Under the pieces are notes generated by a model, which saw nothing but the letters and a program-made list of their open reading frames with translations, made no database searches and had not been told where the DNA came from. The position numbers were made by a program, and so were the translations under genes. A stretch of 64,000 nucleotides of DNA from an uncultured Spirochaetota bacterium (GTDB taxonomy: Bacteria > Spirochaetota > Spirochaetia > SZUA-6 > CAVTHK01), in NCBI GenBank assembly GCA_963734495.1, contig CAVTHK010000010.1, positions 64,001-128,000 on the forward strand, written 5' to 3'. Every line of letters starts with the position of its first letter. Position 1 is the first letter of the stretch. Of this stretch, positions 62,338 to 64,000 are shown one piece after another.

Positions 62338-63114
62338 CTATACGTAGTACACGAGCGTGATCAGAGCGTCCGCGAGAATGCAGAGCACGAACCCCTGCCC
62401 GACGGCCCGGATGGCCGCGACGGGAACCTCGGTCGAGGCGACCCTGACGCTGAAGCCCTGGTACGTCGCGACGGTGCCGATAATGGCGCCGAACACCGCG
62501 GACTTGACCATCGAAGAGATGATGTCGACCGCCTTGAACGCCGCGATGAGCTTGCGCAGGTACTCCGCCAGCGAAAGAGGGGTGAGCAGCTGAGCCACGA
62601 AGTAGGAGCCGATCAGGCCGCTGAAGTTGAAATAGATGGTCAGCACGACCATGGAAACCACGGTCCCGATAAAGCGAGGCGCGACGATGTAGGAGATCGG
62701 GTTCACGCCGACCGCCACGTAGGCTTCGACCTGGTGGCTCACCACCATGCCGCCGAGCTCCGTCGCGATCGCGGTGCTCGAGCGAGCGGTGAGGATGAAG
62801 GCCGTGAGGATCGGCCCGAGCTCCCGCGTGATGACCGTGATCAGGATCGTGTAGATCAGGTTGCTTTCGCCAAAGGCCGGCAGGAGGGACGAGCCCTCGA
62901 TGATGATCACCGCCCCGATCGCGAGCGAGATCAGCGTGATCATGCCCAGGGCCTGCACCCCGGTGAAATAGATCTGCTGCACCAGCACCCGCATCCCCAC
63001 CCGGTTGCGCCGCAGGAAATGCAGGGACTCCACCACGACCCTGTAGAAGAAGCCCGTGGCGTAGAGCAGGTCGCGGACCCTATGGGTGAGCCAGGCGCCG
63101 AGTGCTTCGACCAT
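62338..63114 (-). CDS. mlaE: MlaE family ABC permease
   Basis: QIYFTGVQAL, RELGPILTA, ARSSTAIATELGGM, IVAPR, TEVPVA. Confidence 0.88.
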   Translation of the reverse strand: MVEALGAWLTHRVRDLLYATGFFYRVVVESLHFLRRNRVGMRVLVQQIYFTGVQALGMITLISLAIGAVIIIEGSSLLPAFGESNLIYTILITVITRELGPILTAFILTARSSTAIATELGGMVVSHQVEAYVAVGVNPISYIVAPRFIGTVVSMVVLTIYFNFSGLIGSYFVAQLLTPLSLAEYLRKLIAAFKAVDIISSMVKSAVFGAIIGTVATYQGFSVRVASTEVPVAAIRAVGQGFVLCILADALITLVYYV

Positions 63115-63194
63115 TGACACGACGGCCCATGATAGCAGCAAGGAGAGGGGGGAGCAACCTGTCCGGCGTTGCTGTCCTCGGCAGGGCGGGCGCC

Positions 63195-64000
63195 CTACAC
63201 CAGCCTGCGATGCACGAAGCTGCGGCGGCCGTCGACGTAGTCCGCGACGGTATGCCCGTGGCCCGTGACCCGGAACTTGTGGATCGTCAGGCCCTCCAGC
63301 CCCACCGGACCGCGCGCGTGGATCTTGTTGGTCGATATCCCGACCTCCGCGCCCAGGCCGTACCGGTAACCGTCCGCGAAGCGCGTGGAGCAGTTCCACA
63401 TCACGGAGGCCGAGTCGACCCGGTCGAGAAACGCGCGCGCCGCGTCCCCGTCGGCGGTCACGATGGCGTCGGTGTGATGACTGCCGAACGTGTTGATGTG
63501 GTCGATCGCCTCGTCCAGGCTCGCGACCACGCGCACCGCGAGGATCAGGTCGTTGTACTCCGTCCGCCAGTCCTCGTCGGTGGCCGGCTTCGCCCCTGGA
63601 ATCAGCGCGAGGCTCTCCGCGTCGCAGCGCAGCTCGACCCCGGCGAGCCGCTCGGCGAGCGCAGGCAGGGTGCGCGGCGCGACGGCGCGGTGCACCAGCA
63701 GCGTCTCGATGGCGTTGCAGACGGCGGGGTACTGGCACTTGGCGTCGTACGCGACCGCGAGGGCCATCTCCTGGTCCGCCGACGCGTCCACGTAAAGGTG
63801 ACACACGCCCTCGGTGTGCCCGAGCACGGGGATGCGCGTGTTGTCCTTGATGCTGCGCACCAGCTCGTTGGAGCCGCGCGGGATGACGAGGTCGATCAGG
63901 TGGTCGAGGGCGAGCATCTCGCGCATCTCGGACCGGCTCGCCACCAGCTGCACCGCCTCCGCGAGGTCGGGCTGGACGGAGCGCACCGCCTGCTGGACCA
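63195..64000 (-). CDS. proA: Gamma-glutamyl phosphate reductase, 5'-truncated by window edge
   Basis: [68 protein letters not shown]. Confidence 0.95.
   Translation of the reverse strand, partial: VQQAVRSVQPDLAEAVQLVASRSEMREMLALDHLIDLVIPRGSNELVRSIKDNTRIPVLGHTEGVCHLYVDASADQEMALAVAYDAKCQYPAVCNAIETLLVHRAVAPRTLPALAERLAGVELRCDAESLALIPGAKPATDEDWRTEYNDLILAVRVVASLDEAIDHINTFGSHHTDAIVTADGDAARAFLDRVDSASVMWNCSTRFADGYRYGLGAEVGISTNKIHARGPVGLEGLTIHKFRVTGHGHTVADYVDGRRSFVHRRLV

Noticed and set aside
1-64000. CRISPR array, rRNA or IS elements
   Set aside because: No regularly spaced repeats, rRNA-like stretches or transposase motifs seen

Overview
High-GC bacterial chromosomal window, most likely from an uncultured member of the Spirochaetia. 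This is inferred from spirochaete-type gene order (rimP-nusA-infB-rbfA-truB-rpsO-pnp-M16-dut-lptF/G-tgt; efp next to epmA; PBP1A followed by a lone ParB-N gene; an acidic DETIALTGDELDNIL protein next to Maf genes). Many genes, including essential ones, carry single-base indels, densest at about 24-41 kb. I read these as long-read consensus errors, so the boundaries of those genes are approximate. Left accessory part (1-22.5 kb): a YejBEFA-type peptide ABC transporter; a three-gene unit (triple beta-barrel/transglutaminase-like/TPR protein, Ig-like lipoprotein, GT-A-like enzyme with a possible RRE-like N-terminus); and a sugar-catabolism locus (two GH51 enzymes, fucose-isomerase-family enzyme, PfkB kinase, class II aldolase, Opp-type transporter). 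This part ends at a degenerate HNH-like gene abutting tRNA-Val(TAC). The rest is core translation and envelope genes. Best novel candidate: a ~90-nt small RNA at 56983-57072 (minus strand) with its own sigma28-type promoter, a hairpin presenting a C-rich anti-Shine-Dalgarno loop and an intrinsic terminator. Its loop has a perfect 10-nt complement at the ribosome-binding site of an unknown gene at 46254. A second sigma28-type promoter precedes the acidic-protein/maf/maf operon. No CRISPR array, integrase or transposase was seen.
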